Notes: generated from the sequence alone by a model not told the origin. A DNA stretch of 64,000 nucleotides from Saccharofermentanales bacterium (GCA_050945515.1 JBMNTB010000008.1:1665-65664); one strand, 5' to 3'. Positions 35,892-46,614 are shown, numbered from the stretch's first letter. Numbers and translations: made by a program.

Positions 35892-37958
35892 TTAAGGTAC
35901 CTGATAAGGTCCATCGGCATAAATGCTGTCCATCAGTTCACCCCAGCGCGTAAAAGCGGTAGCTTTATCTTCTCTCCTCTGCATATCCTGCATTTGTGTA
36001 ACTAAGATCAGCGAAGTATTGACATTGTCAAAACCAATGAACCAGGTGTCAATGACCTGTTTGTCCAGATCTTTATCCCAACCGCGCTGGACCGTACCTG
36101 ATTTACCAGCAAATTCTGCATACGGGCGGGCAGCTGTATTTTTATGTGTTGTTTCGACTGTCCGGCGTAGGGCACGGCGCAGATAATCCAGTACCTGAGG
36201 ACTGGTAAAGTTTTCTTTCCAGATTTTTTGCTCATTACCGCGCAGGATATGCGGCTCCAGAATTTTTCCGCCATTTACCAGACTGGCATAGATAGCTGCC
36301 AGTTGAACTTGCGTGATCTGCAATTCACCCTGGCCATAAGCCGTGTCAGCCATCAAAACTTCAGATCCTGCCTGGCCGCTATTTGTTATCTGAGCTGTAT
36401 AGAACGGGTATTCCGAGGGAACTTCTTCTGTAAGGCCGAGTTTAAGCAGCTGATCGTAAAAAGCAGACGAACCCATCTCCACTGCTAGCTGAGCAAAGAA
36501 AATATTGTCTGAGATAGCGATAGCTTTTATACCGTCTTGCGGTTCATTATTCTCGACCAGTCGGGATACCTGATAGCCACCCCAGGAGGAATCGGCCTGC
36601 CATTTCTTTCCCTTGATTGTCTTGACAGTATCTTCAGTGAGAACACCGGTATTAAAAGCGGCGATAGCAGTAGGAATCTTGAAAGTTGATCCGGGGGGAT
36701 ACCTGAGTTGGAATCGGTTTAACAGCGGTTTTTGCGGTGAATCCACCAATTGCTGGTATTCGCTGTTACTTATTCCCGTCGCCATTGCATTGGGGCTGAA
36801 AGCAGGTGTGCTAACTAAGGCCAGGATATCACCGCTGAACGGATCCACTGCCGTGGTGGCTGAGCTGTCATCTTTAGTAACATCATAGATTTTTTGCTGC
36901 AATTCCGCATCGACAGTCAAATAAAAATCTTGTCCCGGAATAGCAGCACGTTCGAAAAGAACTTCCCCGCCGCCACCGGTCAGACTTACTCTGACACCTC
37001 TGGTTGAGCGCAGCTGCTCTTCATAATGAGCCTCCAGACCTCTTTTGCCCTCTTTATCGCCCATGCGATAAAATTCATGCTTCGGATCATCCTGTCCGGA
37101 AAAGGAAACCTCAGCTGTATAGCCGATCAAATGGGCAAAAGCCTTATCATAGGGATAAATTCTGGCACTGATTGTACGAACCGACAGACCATAATTGCCA
37201 AAATGATTAGTCTGCTCGGGGGTATATGAACTTCTGACCTGCAAGGGGACGAACATATTGTCCTTGATCCATGACTGGGTCATTTTCTTCTCAACATCTG
37301 CGGTCGTCATATCCAGTAATGCAGCAACTTCAGCATGTTTAGACATGTCATAAACACCGGTCACAGCACCCACTTGCTGGCTCAAACCATCAACTGCAAG
37401 TTCACGTCCGGTTCGATCATAAATAGTTCCTCTGGGTGCCGTCAGTTCCTCGACGACAATATCATTGGAAAGAGTCAGACCCGGGAAAATAGTTGCCGGA
37501 GTCCATTCCATTTCCCAACGGTCCAGCTGACGATTGCGGATAAAAGTAACAGTTAGAGGACGCTCAATCGGACCATATTCCGTTGTGAAACTCATGGTCA
37601 TTTCATAAACTTCAATATTTTGATCCGACAACATTTCAACCAAGGAAATACCATACAGATTGACTTGGCTCACTCTCAGTTTCTTATCAATTTCTTTTTG
37701 ACGAGTAATGATTTGATCGTCACCATAGCGAGAAAGCGATTCAGCTGTCAGATAGCTTTTCAACAGCTCCTGCTCGCGTCCGGCAACTAACTGGAGGATG
37801 TGGTTGATCTGATCTTCAGGCAATCCTTCCTCTACAGTTTCAGCGCTGCTTGCATCCTGATCCCAGTCGGTATCAATTATTTCTTTGCCACCGCATGAGG
37901 TAAACAGTAATAGGCTGATTATCAGGATAATAATCAGCCGCTTGCTTGCCCTGTCCAT
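35892..37958 (-). CDS. Class B penicillin-binding protein, subclass B1-like (PBP2a/PBP5/PbpC family), lipoprotein
   Basis: Lipobox LFTSC; RGTIYDR; SxxK GSTFK, SxN SDNIFFA, KSG and YGQGE motifs. Confidence 0.8.
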   Translation of the reverse strand: MDRASKRLIIILIISLLLFTSCGGKEIIDTDWDQDASSAETVEEGLPEDQINHILQLVAGREQELLKSYLTAESLSRYGDDQIITRQKEIDKKLRVSQVNLYGISLVEMLSDQNIEVYEMTMSFTTEYGPIERPLTVTFIRNRQLDRWEMEWTPATIFPGLTLSNDIVVEELTAPRGTIYDRTGRELAVDGLSQQVGAVTGVYDMSKHAEVAALLDMTTADVEKKMTQSWIKDNMFVPLQVRSSYTPEQTNHFGNYGLSVRTISARIYPYDKAFAHLIGYTAEVSFSGQDDPKHEFYRMGDKEGKRGLEAHYEEQLRSTRGVRVSLTGGGGEVLFERAAIPGQDFYLTVDAELQQKIYDVTKDDSSATTAVDPFSGDILALVSTPAFSPNAMATGISNSEYQQLVDSPQKPLLNRFQLRYPPGSTFKIPTAIAAFNTGVLTEDTVKTIKGKKWQADSSWGGYQVSRLVENNEPQDGIKAIAISDNIFFAQLAVEMGSSAFYDQLLKLGLTEEVPSEYPFYTAQITNSGQAGSEVLMADTAYGQGELQITQVQLAAIYASLVNGGKILEPHILRGNEQKIWKENFTSPQVLDYLRRALRRTVETTHKNTAARPYAEFAGKSGTVQRGWDKDLDKQVIDTWFIGFDNVNTSLILVTQMQDMQRREDKATAFTRWGELMDSIYADGPYQVP

Positions 37959-37961
37959 TTT

Positions 37962-38474
37962 TCACTCCAGCTCTTTCTTGTTCTTGGTAACGAAAGTTAG
38001 AATTTCAGCTAATTGATTTTCCAGATCAGTTAGGATGTCATGAGTGTATTTTATGGCACTGTTCCTGATATCTGTGCTCTGACGTGTGGCATCCTCAAGC
38101 AGATCTGTAGCCTCCTCCCGGGCTTTGATCGTGATTTCATGCTCATCAATCATGCGCGCCATCTGAGCTTGTGCATCACGCATAATGCTGTCTGCTTCTT
38201 TGCGCGCTTCTGCGATCAGCTGTCTGTTTTGGTCAAGCAGCCATTTGGCCTGCCTCAACTCGTCCGGCAAGCCCTCACGGACCATTCTCACTAGAAATAA
38301 CATTTCTTCTTTTTCTACCAGACATTTATCACTCAACGGCATCATCTTGGCATGAGAAAGAGTAGCCTCCATCCGGTCGAGCAAATTGTCAATGCTCTGT
38401 TCACCCGTACGGGGACCTGCTGTACGCCTGGGTCTTACTTCTTCTTGACGGTATTCTCTGTCATTCGGATTCAT
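37962..38474 (-). CDS. Conserved coiled-coil protein usually found downstream of coaD in Clostridia
   Basis: LPDELRQAKW...EADSIM...IDEHEI pattern and its position next to coaD. Confidence 0.65.
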   Translation of the reverse strand: MNPNDREYRQEEVRPRRTAGPRTGEQSIDNLLDRMEATLSHAKMMPLSDKCLVEKEEMLFLVRMVREGLPDELRQAKWLLDQNRQLIAEARKEADSIMRDAQAQMARMIDEHEITIKAREEATDLLEDATRQSTDIRNSAIKYTHDILTDLENQLAEILTFVTKNKKELE

Positions 38475-38536
38475 CTCATTTCCTCCGTATCGTTACAATT
38501 ATCTGTCTGGTCATCTGAATTGGGCTGTGCTGATGC

Positions 38537-39019
38537 TCAATTTTTTGTCAGCTTTGCTTTGACTGCTTGAGAAATATGTGCCGGCACCATCTGCTCGATA
38601 TTGCCGCCATAGCTGGCAATAGTTTTGACCATTGATGAGCTAATGCAGGAGTACTCAGGTGCAGCAGTAATGAAAAGGGTTTCACATGCCGGCAACAAAA
38701 TCTGATTATTCAAAGCCATCTTTTTTTCATAATTGTAGTCGGTTTCACTGCGTAAACCTCTTACTATGGTTGTGATATAATTTATTCGGCAATAATCAAC
38801 TAACAATCCGTTCCAGAAATCTACCTTGACATTTTCTAATTCAGTAATTGATTGCTTGATCAGGTCTAATCGTTCCTCATAAGTAAATAAGGCCGTTTTT
38901 TCTTGATTGCTCAGAACTAGAATTATCAGTTCTGCACATAGCTTAGAAGCACGTGTAGCGATATCAAGATGGCCATTAGTAAATGGATCAAAAGTACCGG
39001 AATAGATTAGTTTATTCAC
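38537..39019 (-). CDS. coaD: Phosphopantetheine adenylyltransferase
   Basis: YSGTFDPFTNGH, VRGLR and ISSSMVK motifs. Confidence 0.93.
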   Translation of the reverse strand: MNKLIYSGTFDPFTNGHLDIATRASKLCAELIILVLSNQEKTALFTYEERLDLIKQSITELENVKVDFWNGLLVDYCRINYITTIVRGLRSETDYNYEKKMALNNQILLPACETLFITAAPEYSCISSSMVKTIASYGGNIEQMVPAHISQAVKAKLTKN

Positions 39020-39060
39020 CGAGGCACCTGCACATAGTCACAATAAAAGCTGTAAAGCTG

Positions 39061-39621
39061 TCATTGTGCCACTTTCTGATAAAATGATAACACCGCATTT
39101 CCATACTTACAACTGCTCGAATATTCCAATCCTGTTACAGCCTCAGGGCTTTTCACATTTTTATGGTGCTCCAGAATCAGTATTCCATTCTCATGCAATA
39201 GTTCAGTCAAAGGCACAGCCAGATCGGAAAATAACTCAGCTGCCAATTTCCAGGGCGGGTCAAGAAATATAACATTAAAACATAGACCTTGTCTGTGCAG
39301 CATTGTAATTGCCTGGCGGGCACCAAGACACACTAAGGTGGCATCAGTTTGCAATTTTGTGGCAGCAATATTTTTGCGGATCACTTGTTGGGCGGACCTC
39401 GATTTCTCCACAAGAATAACAGGACTAAAACCTCTGCTGGCAGCCTCCAGACCAATCTGACCGCTGCCTGCGAATAGGTCGAGAAACGCACCGTCGAACT
39501 GTCTGCTGTCAAGAATCGAAAACAAAGCTTCTTTCGTGCGGCCGGCAGTCGGTTGAACCAGATCTCCCGTCAGATTGAACAATTTCTTGCCTTTAGCCTT
39601 GCCGCTGATAATTCTTGTCAT
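39061..39621 (-). CDS. rsmD: 16S rRNA m2G966 methyltransferase
   Basis: RIISGKAKG, LDLFAGSG and DPP motifs; lies between recG and coaD. ATGA overlap with recG. Confidence 0.9.
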   Translation of the reverse strand: MTRIISGKAKGKKLFNLTGDLVQPTAGRTKEALFSILDSRQFDGAFLDLFAGSGQIGLEAASRGFSPVILVEKSRSAQQVIRKNIAATKLQTDATLVCLGARQAITMLHRQGLCFNVIFLDPPWKLAAELFSDLAVPLTELLHENGILILEHHKNVKSPEAVTGLEYSSSCKYGNAVLSFYQKVAQ

Positions 39622-41699
39622 AACACCGGCTCCCAATTTGTTGTCAACCGACGCTTGATAAAAGGCAGAAGTCTACGATTCTCAACTGTTGTCAGATCAG
39701 GATCTTCTTGCAGCAGCTTATCAGCAGCACGACTGGTTTTCAAAATCAGTTCCTTATCTTCGTACAAGTTAACAATCTTAAATTCCGGCAGACCATGCTG
39801 TCTGATGCCAAAAAATTCGCCCGGTCCTCTCAGTTTCAAATCTTCTTCAGCCAGCACAAAACCATCGTTGGTAAGACAGAGCGCTGTCAGTCTTTGTCTG
39901 GCCTTGGTGTCAGTGGTTTCGCTCATTAATACACAAAGGCTTTTTTTTTCGCCTCTGCCAATGCGGCCTCTGAGTTGATGTAGTTGTGCCAGCCCAAATC
40001 TTTCCGCGTTTTCTATTACCATCATAGTAGCTTGAGGATTATCGACTCCTACCTCGATTACAGTCGTGGTAACTAGAATGTCAATCTTGCCTTGTCCAAA
40101 GTCTTCCATGATTGTTGACTTGGCTTTGGCAGTCAATCTGCCATGCAGCAATGCCACTTTTTGCTCGGGGAATACAGTCTGAGACAAATAATTATACACA
40201 CCGGTAGCTGATTCAAGATCCTGTTCCGAGCTATCTTCAATCATCGGACAAACTACATATATCTGCTCATTTTGTTCAATTCTGCGCCGCATCAGCTTCT
40301 CTACCCTGCTCCGATCTTTTTCGCGAGCGGTATAGGTTGCAACAGGGACTCGACCCGGTGGTTTTTCGCGAATCATAGTTATATCCAGATCACCATAAAT
40401 AATCAGTGCCAAGGTTCTCGGAATAGGTGTCGCCGACATTACCAGCATATGGGGAAAGAGATCGTTTCCCGAAAAATCACCCAGACTGGCCCGCTGATCA
40501 ACTCCGAAACGGTGTTGTTCATCGGTAATACACAGGCCCAGATTATTATATTTAACTGTCTCTTCCAGGACTGCATGTGTACCAATAAGAATATTAATTG
40601 TCCCCTTTGCCAGACCGGCTAAGATGGCAGTCCGTTCGCCTTTTTTGACAGCACCGGTCAGCAGCGCCAAATTCAGCCCGGTATTAGCATAAAGGGTAGA
40701 GAGAGTTTCATAGTGCTGCTCGGCTAAAATGGAGGTAGGCGCCATAAAAACCGATTGATAGCCTGACCAGGCAGTCAGAGCCATTCCATAAGCTGCAACT
40801 ACAGTTTTACCGGAACCAACATCTCCCTGGATCAGGCGGTTCATAGATTTTTCCTGTTCTAAGTCACGACGCAAATCAGCGATTGCTTGATTTTGATCGG
40901 CAGTTAATTGGAAAGGAAGTGTCCGAAGCCAACTCTGGAGTTTGCCGTCAATTTTTGCATCTAAACTAATCTTCGGTGAAAGATGTTTATCTTGATGTCG
41001 TTTTTTGATCAATCGCAGGCCCATCTGCAATAGAAAAAGTTCGTCGAAACCCAAACGTTCCCTAGATACTAAAATATCATGCCGGTTATTAGGGTAATGG
41101 ATATTTTGCAGTGCATATTCCAGAGTACACAGCTTATTTTCTTTGCGCAAAGAAGCCGGCAAAGGTTCCAATTCGCCTATTCTTAACCGCTTTAAAGCTG
41201 CTGTCACAGCCTGCCTGATATCTCGTTGTGTCAGCCCCTGTGTCAAAGGATAAATGGGTCTGAAGAAGAAGTCGATTTTGTCTTTGAGCAAATAGGCCGG
41301 ATTTTGCAGATTGAAAAATCTGCCTTTGCGTTCAGCCTGTCCGTGAAAAACATAAACTTGACCCATTTGCAGCTGATCTTCTATCCAAGGCTGATTAAAC
41401 CAGATCGCGGTAACAACAGCCCCCTCCTGCTCCAGACGAGCTCTGATAATAGTCAATCTACCTTTGCGCTGGACAGTCGGTTCTCGGGCAACAGTTGCTT
41501 CTACTGTCAGCCATTGTCCATCCAGAGCCTCCTGTAGGGAGTGACGTTCACTCCAGTCTTCGTAGTCACGAGGAAAGAAATAAAGAAGATCCTGAATCGT
41601 GTTCAGACCCAGCTTGGCAAATAGGGCTGCTTTTTTAGCTCCAATCCCTGGCAGGATACTGAGGGGAGAATACCTTTCAATAGCATTTCCGGACATCAT
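39618..41699 (-). CDS. recG: ATP-dependent DNA helicase RecG
   Basis: GDVGSGKT, DEQHRFG, SATPIPRT and QLHQLRGRIGRG motifs. Start is probably 41699 or 41696. Confidence 0.95.
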   Translation of the reverse strand: MMSGNAIERYSPLSILPGIGAKKAALFAKLGLNTIQDLLYFFPRDYEDWSERHSLQEALDGQWLTVEATVAREPTVQRKGRLTIIRARLEQEGAVVTAIWFNQPWIEDQLQMGQVYVFHGQAERKGRFFNLQNPAYLLKDKIDFFFRPIYPLTQGLTQRDIRQAVTAALKRLRIGELEPLPASLRKENKLCTLEYALQNIHYPNNRHDILVSRERLGFDELFLLQMGLRLIKKRHQDKHLSPKISLDAKIDGKLQSWLRTLPFQLTADQNQAIADLRRDLEQEKSMNRLIQGDVGSGKTVVAAYGMALTAWSGYQSVFMAPTSILAEQHYETLSTLYANTGLNLALLTGAVKKGERTAILAGLAKGTINILIGTHAVLEETVKYNNLGLCITDEQHRFGVDQRASLGDFSGNDLFPHMLVMSATPIPRTLALIIYGDLDITMIREKPPGRVPVATYTAREKDRSRVEKLMRRRIEQNEQIYVVCPMIEDSSEQDLESATGVYNYLSQTVFPEQKVALLHGRLTAKAKSTIMEDFGQGKIDILVTTTVIEVGVDNPQATMMVIENAERFGLAQLHQLRGRIGRGEKKSLCVLMSETTDTKARQRLTALCLTNDGFVLAEEDLKLRGPGEFFGIRQHGLPEFKIVNLYEDKELILKTSRAADKLLQEDPDLTTVENRRLLPFIKRRLTTNWEPVL

Positions 41700-42381
41700 T
41701 GTCACGTACTTTCTGTCGGCTAAAATCGATCGCAAATCCGTAAGCACATACCGGTTGCAGAGGGCAGATCCGGCACTGTCGACAACGAGCTTCGCATAGT
41801 CTTCTGCCATGCGCAACCATCAGATGCCCCCAGGAAATCCATTCTGTCTCAGGCAAGACCTGCTGCAGATCGCGCTCAATTCTTACAGGATCTTTGCTGT
41901 CCGTCAAACCGAGCAATCTGCTGATACGACCACAGTGGGTATCAACAACAATCGCAGGGTGACCGAAGAAATCAGACCTAACCAGATTGGCAATTTTTCT
42001 TCCTACTCCCGGCAAACGTAAGAGATCAGTTTCCTGCTCCGGCACTTGTCCGGCAAAATCCGCCAGGATCATTGCCGCACTGCCTTTAATCGCCTTAGCT
42101 TTATTGCGATACAGGCCACAGCTCCTAATAATTTGCTCAATTTCAGTCAGACTGGCAGCATCATAATCGCTCAACTGCGGAAAACGCTCATGCAGGATAG
42201 GAGCGATAATATTTACTCTTTCATCTGTACATTGAGCACCAAGTATCCCACCAACCAAAATCTCCCAGGCTGAATTAAATTCCAGTGTGCAATCAGCTTT
42301 CGGATATGTCTGATGTAACAGAAATATTATTTGATCGATCTGTTGAGAATCAGTAGCTATATTGTCTGTTTTATTCATCAT
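41677..42381 (-). CDS. nth: Endonuclease III
   Basis: AQCTDERVN, HhH LPGVGRKIAN, VDTH and the 4Fe-4S motif C-x6-C-x2-C-x5-C. Confidence 0.93.
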   Translation of the reverse strand: MMNKTDNIATDSQQIDQIIFLLHQTYPKADCTLEFNSAWEILVGGILGAQCTDERVNIIAPILHERFPQLSDYDAASLTEIEQIIRSCGLYRNKAKAIKGSAAMILADFAGQVPEQETDLLRLPGVGRKIANLVRSDFFGHPAIVVDTHCGRISRLLGLTDSKDPVRIERDLQQVLPETEWISWGHLMVAHGRRLCEARCRQCRICPLQPVCAYGFAIDFSRQKVRDNDVRKCY

Positions 42382-43814
42382 GATGGCATTTTGCTTAAGT
42401 AGATCTGCATAGTATATATGCGTTTTTCTGCAGTTCGATAAATCCTGACATTAACCAGAGTACCGATCGGCTGTTTCTGTACATAATCTGTAAATATCTG
42501 ATGATTACTCATCTCTACACCATTCAACGAGAGCAGGATATCACCACTTCTAATACCGGCAATATAAGCCGGACTGCGGTCAACAACCTGGCTGACAAAA
42601 AGGCCGGACGGCCAGTCCATCAGCTCAATTAAACTATTGTTATCCTCTTCAGACATAGTCATAATGCCAAACCAGGCAGACGCTTTCGGCTCTTGCGGAT
42701 TATCTATGGCCTCAAGCGCCGCAACGAGCATTGGAGTAGGTAGTGCATAACCCATAATATCCGAATAAGAACGGTTAAAGCGACTATTAGTCAAACCGAT
42801 AATCTCTCCTTGCAAGTTCAGTAAAGGACCGCCGGAGGCCTGTTGCGAGATAAAAGCATTTGTTTGAATCATACTGACGGAAAGCTCACTTTCGAGCAGC
42901 GCCGGATAATATACACCTGTAATAAACCCTAAGGACAATCCACCTTGTGACATCATTACATCAGGTTGTCCTATGGAAATTACCGGTTCTCCGACAACTA
43001 GTTCTGAGGCGAAGTCCAAATTAGCGTAGGGCAGATTAGAAACATTCTCAATCTGAAAAACAGCAAGATCAGTGTCTTTGTGAATAGCAGATAGTGTGGC
43101 ATTGAAACTCTTTGGACGGTTCGGAACCACAATTCTTACTTCTGCTCTTTCATATAGATGATCACCATAAGCTAGGGCGAAGGAGAAATTGCTGGCAAAG
43201 GTGATTACTTTGCCATCGGCGGAAATCAGCAGACCGGAAAAGGTCTCCATCTTGTCATTTGTTGAGCTGGTTCCAGGAAGATAAACCTGGATTGAAGCCA
43301 CCATCGGCGAATACTGGGCATAAATATCGCGGATTCTATTGTCGATTAGGTAGCTATAAGAATTATTATGTACGTCATTTGCGCCAGTTTCACCTGTAGA
43401 TACCGGTTCAGAAGAATCAGTTTGTCCGGGGCTGGGAATATCCTCATCCTCCCTGCTGGTTTGGGCAGCTATTGATTCGGTGGGATAGGAACCAGCCGTA
43501 GTCGCCGCGGAAGTTGTCAGTGGTTCTGTTTCTTTCTGATCAGGTCCAGTTTCTGCAGTTGAGGTTGTCATCCTCTCTGTTGGCCGATCCACATCAACTT
43601 TAATGGTAGAAGTCGCCGATACGATCGGCGTCGTAGTCTTAACAGGCGTCACCACCACAGGAGCAGGCCTGGCACCATTTGCGGTCGGGTCTTTATCCCG
43701 CAGAAAATAATCAGTAATCAGGGGGATTATAACTGCCATTAAAACAAAGGCTGTCAAAGCTAAAACCGAAATGGTCAGTAAGGCTTGAATCAGTTTGCTA
43801 CTTGGTTTTTTCAT
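42378..43814 (-). CDS. HtrA/DegP-like membrane protein with PDZ domain; catalytic His appears absent
   Basis: N-terminal TM, Thr/Ser-rich linker, DLAV, IQTNA..SGGPLLN and PDZ (SPAYIAGIRSGD). The TNxHV motif is replaced by TFASN. Confidence 0.8.
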   Translation of the reverse strand: MKKPSSKLIQALLTISVLALTAFVLMAVIIPLITDYFLRDKDPTANGARPAPVVVTPVKTTTPIVSATSTIKVDVDRPTERMTTSTAETGPDQKETEPLTTSAATTAGSYPTESIAAQTSREDEDIPSPGQTDSSEPVSTGETGANDVHNNSYSYLIDNRIRDIYAQYSPMVASIQVYLPGTSSTNDKMETFSGLLISADGKVITFASNFSFALAYGDHLYERAEVRIVVPNRPKSFNATLSAIHKDTDLAVFQIENVSNLPYANLDFASELVVGEPVISIGQPDVMMSQGGLSLGFITGVYYPALLESELSVSMIQTNAFISQQASGGPLLNLQGEIIGLTNSRFNRSYSDIMGYALPTPMLVAALEAIDNPQEPKASAWFGIMTMSEEDNNSLIELMDWPSGLFVSQVVDRSPAYIAGIRSGDILLSLNGVEMSNHQIFTDYVQKQPIGTLVNVRIYRTAEKRIYTMQIYLSKMPS

Positions 43815-43874
43815 ATCTTTAGATTATACAACAACAAATTGAGCTTTCCTGTAGGAATCAGTCCGGCAGAAAAG

Positions 43875-45407
43875 CTAAGGTGTATCCAGAGTGAAGGAAA
43901 ACAGCGCACCTCCCATCGTGCTATTGCCAGCTTCAATCATTTGGCCATGTGCTTTAATGATATTACGAGCAATGAACAGACCGAGACCGGAGCCCTCAGA
44001 ATTTCTGGCTTTATCGGCTTTGTAGAAGCGGTCAAAGACATGTTCAAGATCTTTATCGGATAAACCGCTGCCATTGTCCTCAATCACAAATTGGTAGAGC
44101 TTGCTATCAGTGATACGACTGCTGATTCGAATTTTACCGTTCAGGGGACAAAAGCGGATGGCGTTACCAAGCATATTGACAATTACGCGCTGGATCGCTT
44201 CGTCATTGCCGATCACGAGTGACTCATCATCGGAGGCTAGAGCAACTTGCAAAGTGATATTCTTCTCATGTAATTGTGGCTCATGGCTGTCTATCACATC
44301 AGCAATCAATTCATTCATATCGAAAATACTCATCAAAAGATTATCTTTTCTCAGGACCGTAGACATTTCAAAGAGTTCATTTACCAACTGCTGGAGGCGA
44401 ATACTTTCCTGCTGAACAATTTTCAAATAATGTTCCGTTTGATCTGTAGGCACAGTTCCATCCAGCATGCCTTCCACGAAACCTCTGATTGACGTAATTG
44501 GCGATCTGAGATCATGTGAAATACTACTCATGAAATCCATGCGCTCTTTTTCCTGTGTTTCAAATTTTTCGATCAAAGTATTGAAAGTGCGGATCAGTAA
44601 AATTAAATCATCATCTTGAAACTCTTCACTGTCAGAAGACAATAGATTGTCTGCCGGATTGTCGGATACACCGGACGACGGAATGGGCACTCTGGCAGAT
44701 AGATCGCCTCTATAGACCCGTTCTGCCGTATCAGCCAGCAGTGAGATAGGTTTCGTGATTTCACGAGACAGTAGCAGAATCACAATCAGGGCCAGAAAAA
44801 AGGCAATCAGAAAAGAAATCGGCACTAGATTATCCTGGAAAAATTCAATACGTGAATCTGCGGACAGAGCTCTCAGTAGAATAATCTCACCGGCATAAGC
44901 ACCTGTCAGTGAAGTTAAAGGAGCGCTGGCTATCATCCAGCTGTTATCTCTGGGCAGCAGTTTGCCGAGTTCAGAATTACGGGCTATCTGGCTATAGACA
45001 ATTCGTGACCGATTTTGTGCCGCAAACGGCAGTCTATAAAATTGTCTGTCATCGATTGCCTCCTGCAATTTAGTATATGTAGTTGCAGGAATCCCGGTAT
45101 TGTAGATTAGCTCGCCATTAGCATTGATCAACCAGACCAGAGAATCAGTTGACCTGCCGGTGAGACTGATATAAGAAGGAATTTCCGATCTCTCAATAGC
45201 TGTCCTGGTTCTATTCATGCCCCGTGAAACCAAGATAGCAATTTCTTCAGCATTCCGTCTTAGATAAGTCGTCTCCTGGCTGCGCCTGGCAGAAATAAAC
45301 AGAGCAAAATATACTGTCGCCAGAATGATAAATATGATCAGAATCGCAAAGGCAACTCTAAACAGAGTGCGAGCGTAAATAGATTTTAAGAAGGACGGGC
45401 GTTTCAT
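43875..45407 (-). CDS. Sensor histidine kinase (2 TM, HAMP, HisKA, HATPase)
   Basis: SHDLRSP, NAIRF, DNGSG and GSGLGL motifs. Confidence 0.92.
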   Translation of the reverse strand: MKRPSFLKSIYARTLFRVAFAILIIFIILATVYFALFISARRSQETTYLRRNAEEIAILVSRGMNRTRTAIERSEIPSYISLTGRSTDSLVWLINANGELIYNTGIPATTYTKLQEAIDDRQFYRLPFAAQNRSRIVYSQIARNSELGKLLPRDNSWMIASAPLTSLTGAYAGEIILLRALSADSRIEFFQDNLVPISFLIAFFLALIVILLLSREITKPISLLADTAERVYRGDLSARVPIPSSGVSDNPADNLLSSDSEEFQDDDLILLIRTFNTLIEKFETQEKERMDFMSSISHDLRSPITSIRGFVEGMLDGTVPTDQTEHYLKIVQQESIRLQQLVNELFEMSTVLRKDNLLMSIFDMNELIADVIDSHEPQLHEKNITLQVALASDDESLVIGNDEAIQRVIVNMLGNAIRFCPLNGKIRISSRITDSKLYQFVIEDNGSGLSDKDLEHVFDRFYKADKARNSEGSGLGLFIARNIIKAHGQMIEAGNSTMGGALFSFTLDTP

Positions 45408-45409
45408 AC

Positions 45410-46138
45410 TTAGTCTTCAACTTTAGAAGTCTCGAATTTATAACCCACACCCCAAACTGTTTTGATACGCCATTCAGGATGCGGCACACTGTCAACTTTT
45501 TCTCTAATGCGCTTGATATGTACATCCACTGTCCGCGTGCCGCCAAAAAAATCAAAACCCCAGATATTTTCCAGCAACTGTTCCCGTGTAAAAACCCGGT
45601 CAGGATGTCCGGCGAGAAAATACAAAAGCTCCAGTTCTTTAGGCGGTATGTCAATTTCCTGCTGCCCAATTGTGACAGTATATCGAGTGCGATCCACTAT
45701 TAGCTCGGGCCAGGTAATAATATCAGGCTTATGCTGATCCTCATCACTAGAAGACCTCGCTTTATCCGGGGCTGACTGGATTCTCCTCAGTACTGCTTTA
45801 ACCCTAGCCAGTAATTCTTTCGGCTCAAATGGTTTTTCGATATAGTCATCTGCCCCTAGTTCCAGCCCGACCACCTTATCCAGCGTATCGCCCCTAGCCG
45901 TAAGAATCAGGACCGGAACATCAGATTCTTTGCGCAAAGCACGTAGGACATCAAATCCACCCATGCCAGGCAGCATTAAATCCAGCACAATAACATCAGG
46001 CAGTGAATGCCGATAAGCATCAAGGACGTCATTGCCGTTGTAGCAAATTTGCACCTTGAAGCCGTCCTTGCTGAAATACAGGCGCAATAATTCACTGATA
46101 TTGGGATCATCATCTACAATTAAAACCGTTTTATCCAT
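45410..46138 (-). CDS. OmpR/PhoB-family response regulator
   Basis: VDDD, LDLMLP, GADDYIEKPF, RTVDVHI and TVWGVGYKF motifs. Confidence 0.93.
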   Translation of the reverse strand: MDKTVLIVDDDPNISELLRLYFSKDGFKVQICYNGNDVLDAYRHSLPDVIVLDLMLPGMGGFDVLRALRKESDVPVLILTARGDTLDKVVGLELGADDYIEKPFEPKELLARVKAVLRRIQSAPDKARSSSDEDQHKPDIITWPELIVDRTRYTVTIGQQEIDIPPKELELLYFLAGHPDRVFTREQLLENIWGFDFFGGTRTVDVHIKRIREKVDSVPHPEWRIKTVWGVGYKFETSKVED

Positions 46139-46140
46139 GA

Positions 46141-46614
46141 TTATTCATTATCTTTTCTGTCGGCACTTTCTGTCAATGAGCTGATAGCATCAAAAAAAGA
46201 ACCGATATCAACAAATTCCCGGTAGACCGAAGCAAAGCGAATATAGGCTACTTCATCAATATCGCGCAGTTGCTGCAAAACCAACTCGCCCAACTCACGT
46301 GTTGGAATTTCTCTCCTCAGGCTATTTTCCATTTGGCGTTCAATTGTGTCAACAATTTTGGTTATCTGCTGTGTGGAGACTGGTCTCTTTTCACAACTTT
46401 TTAAAATGCCGTTAATCAGCTTATTGCGTTCAAAGGGCTGACGAGAGCCATCTTTTTTGATTACCATCAATGACATGTTTTCGACCCGCTCATAGGTTGT
46501 AAACCGCTCCAGGCAGGACATGCATTCTCTACGTCTCCGTATAGCAATACCCTCATCCACAGGCCTTGAGTCAATTACCCTGTCTCCATCATAGCCACAA
46601 TGCGGACATTTCAT
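46141..46614 (-). CDS. nrdR: Transcriptional repressor NrdR
   Basis: CPHC...[10 protein letters not shown] zinc ribbon, ATP cone and [10 protein letters not shown]. Confidence 0.95.
   Translation of the reverse strand: MKCPHCGYDGDRVIDSRPVDEGIAIRRRRECMSCLERFTTYERVENMSLMVIKKDGSRQPFERNKLINGILKSCEKRPVSTQQITKIVDTIERQMENSLRREIPTRELGELVLQQLRDIDEVAYIRFASVYREFVDIGSFFDAISSLTESADRKDNE

Noticed and set aside
35892-37958. Acquired mecA resistance gene
   Set aside because: Family-level motif similarity only; it sits in a housekeeping operon with no mecR/mecI, ccr or IS elements.
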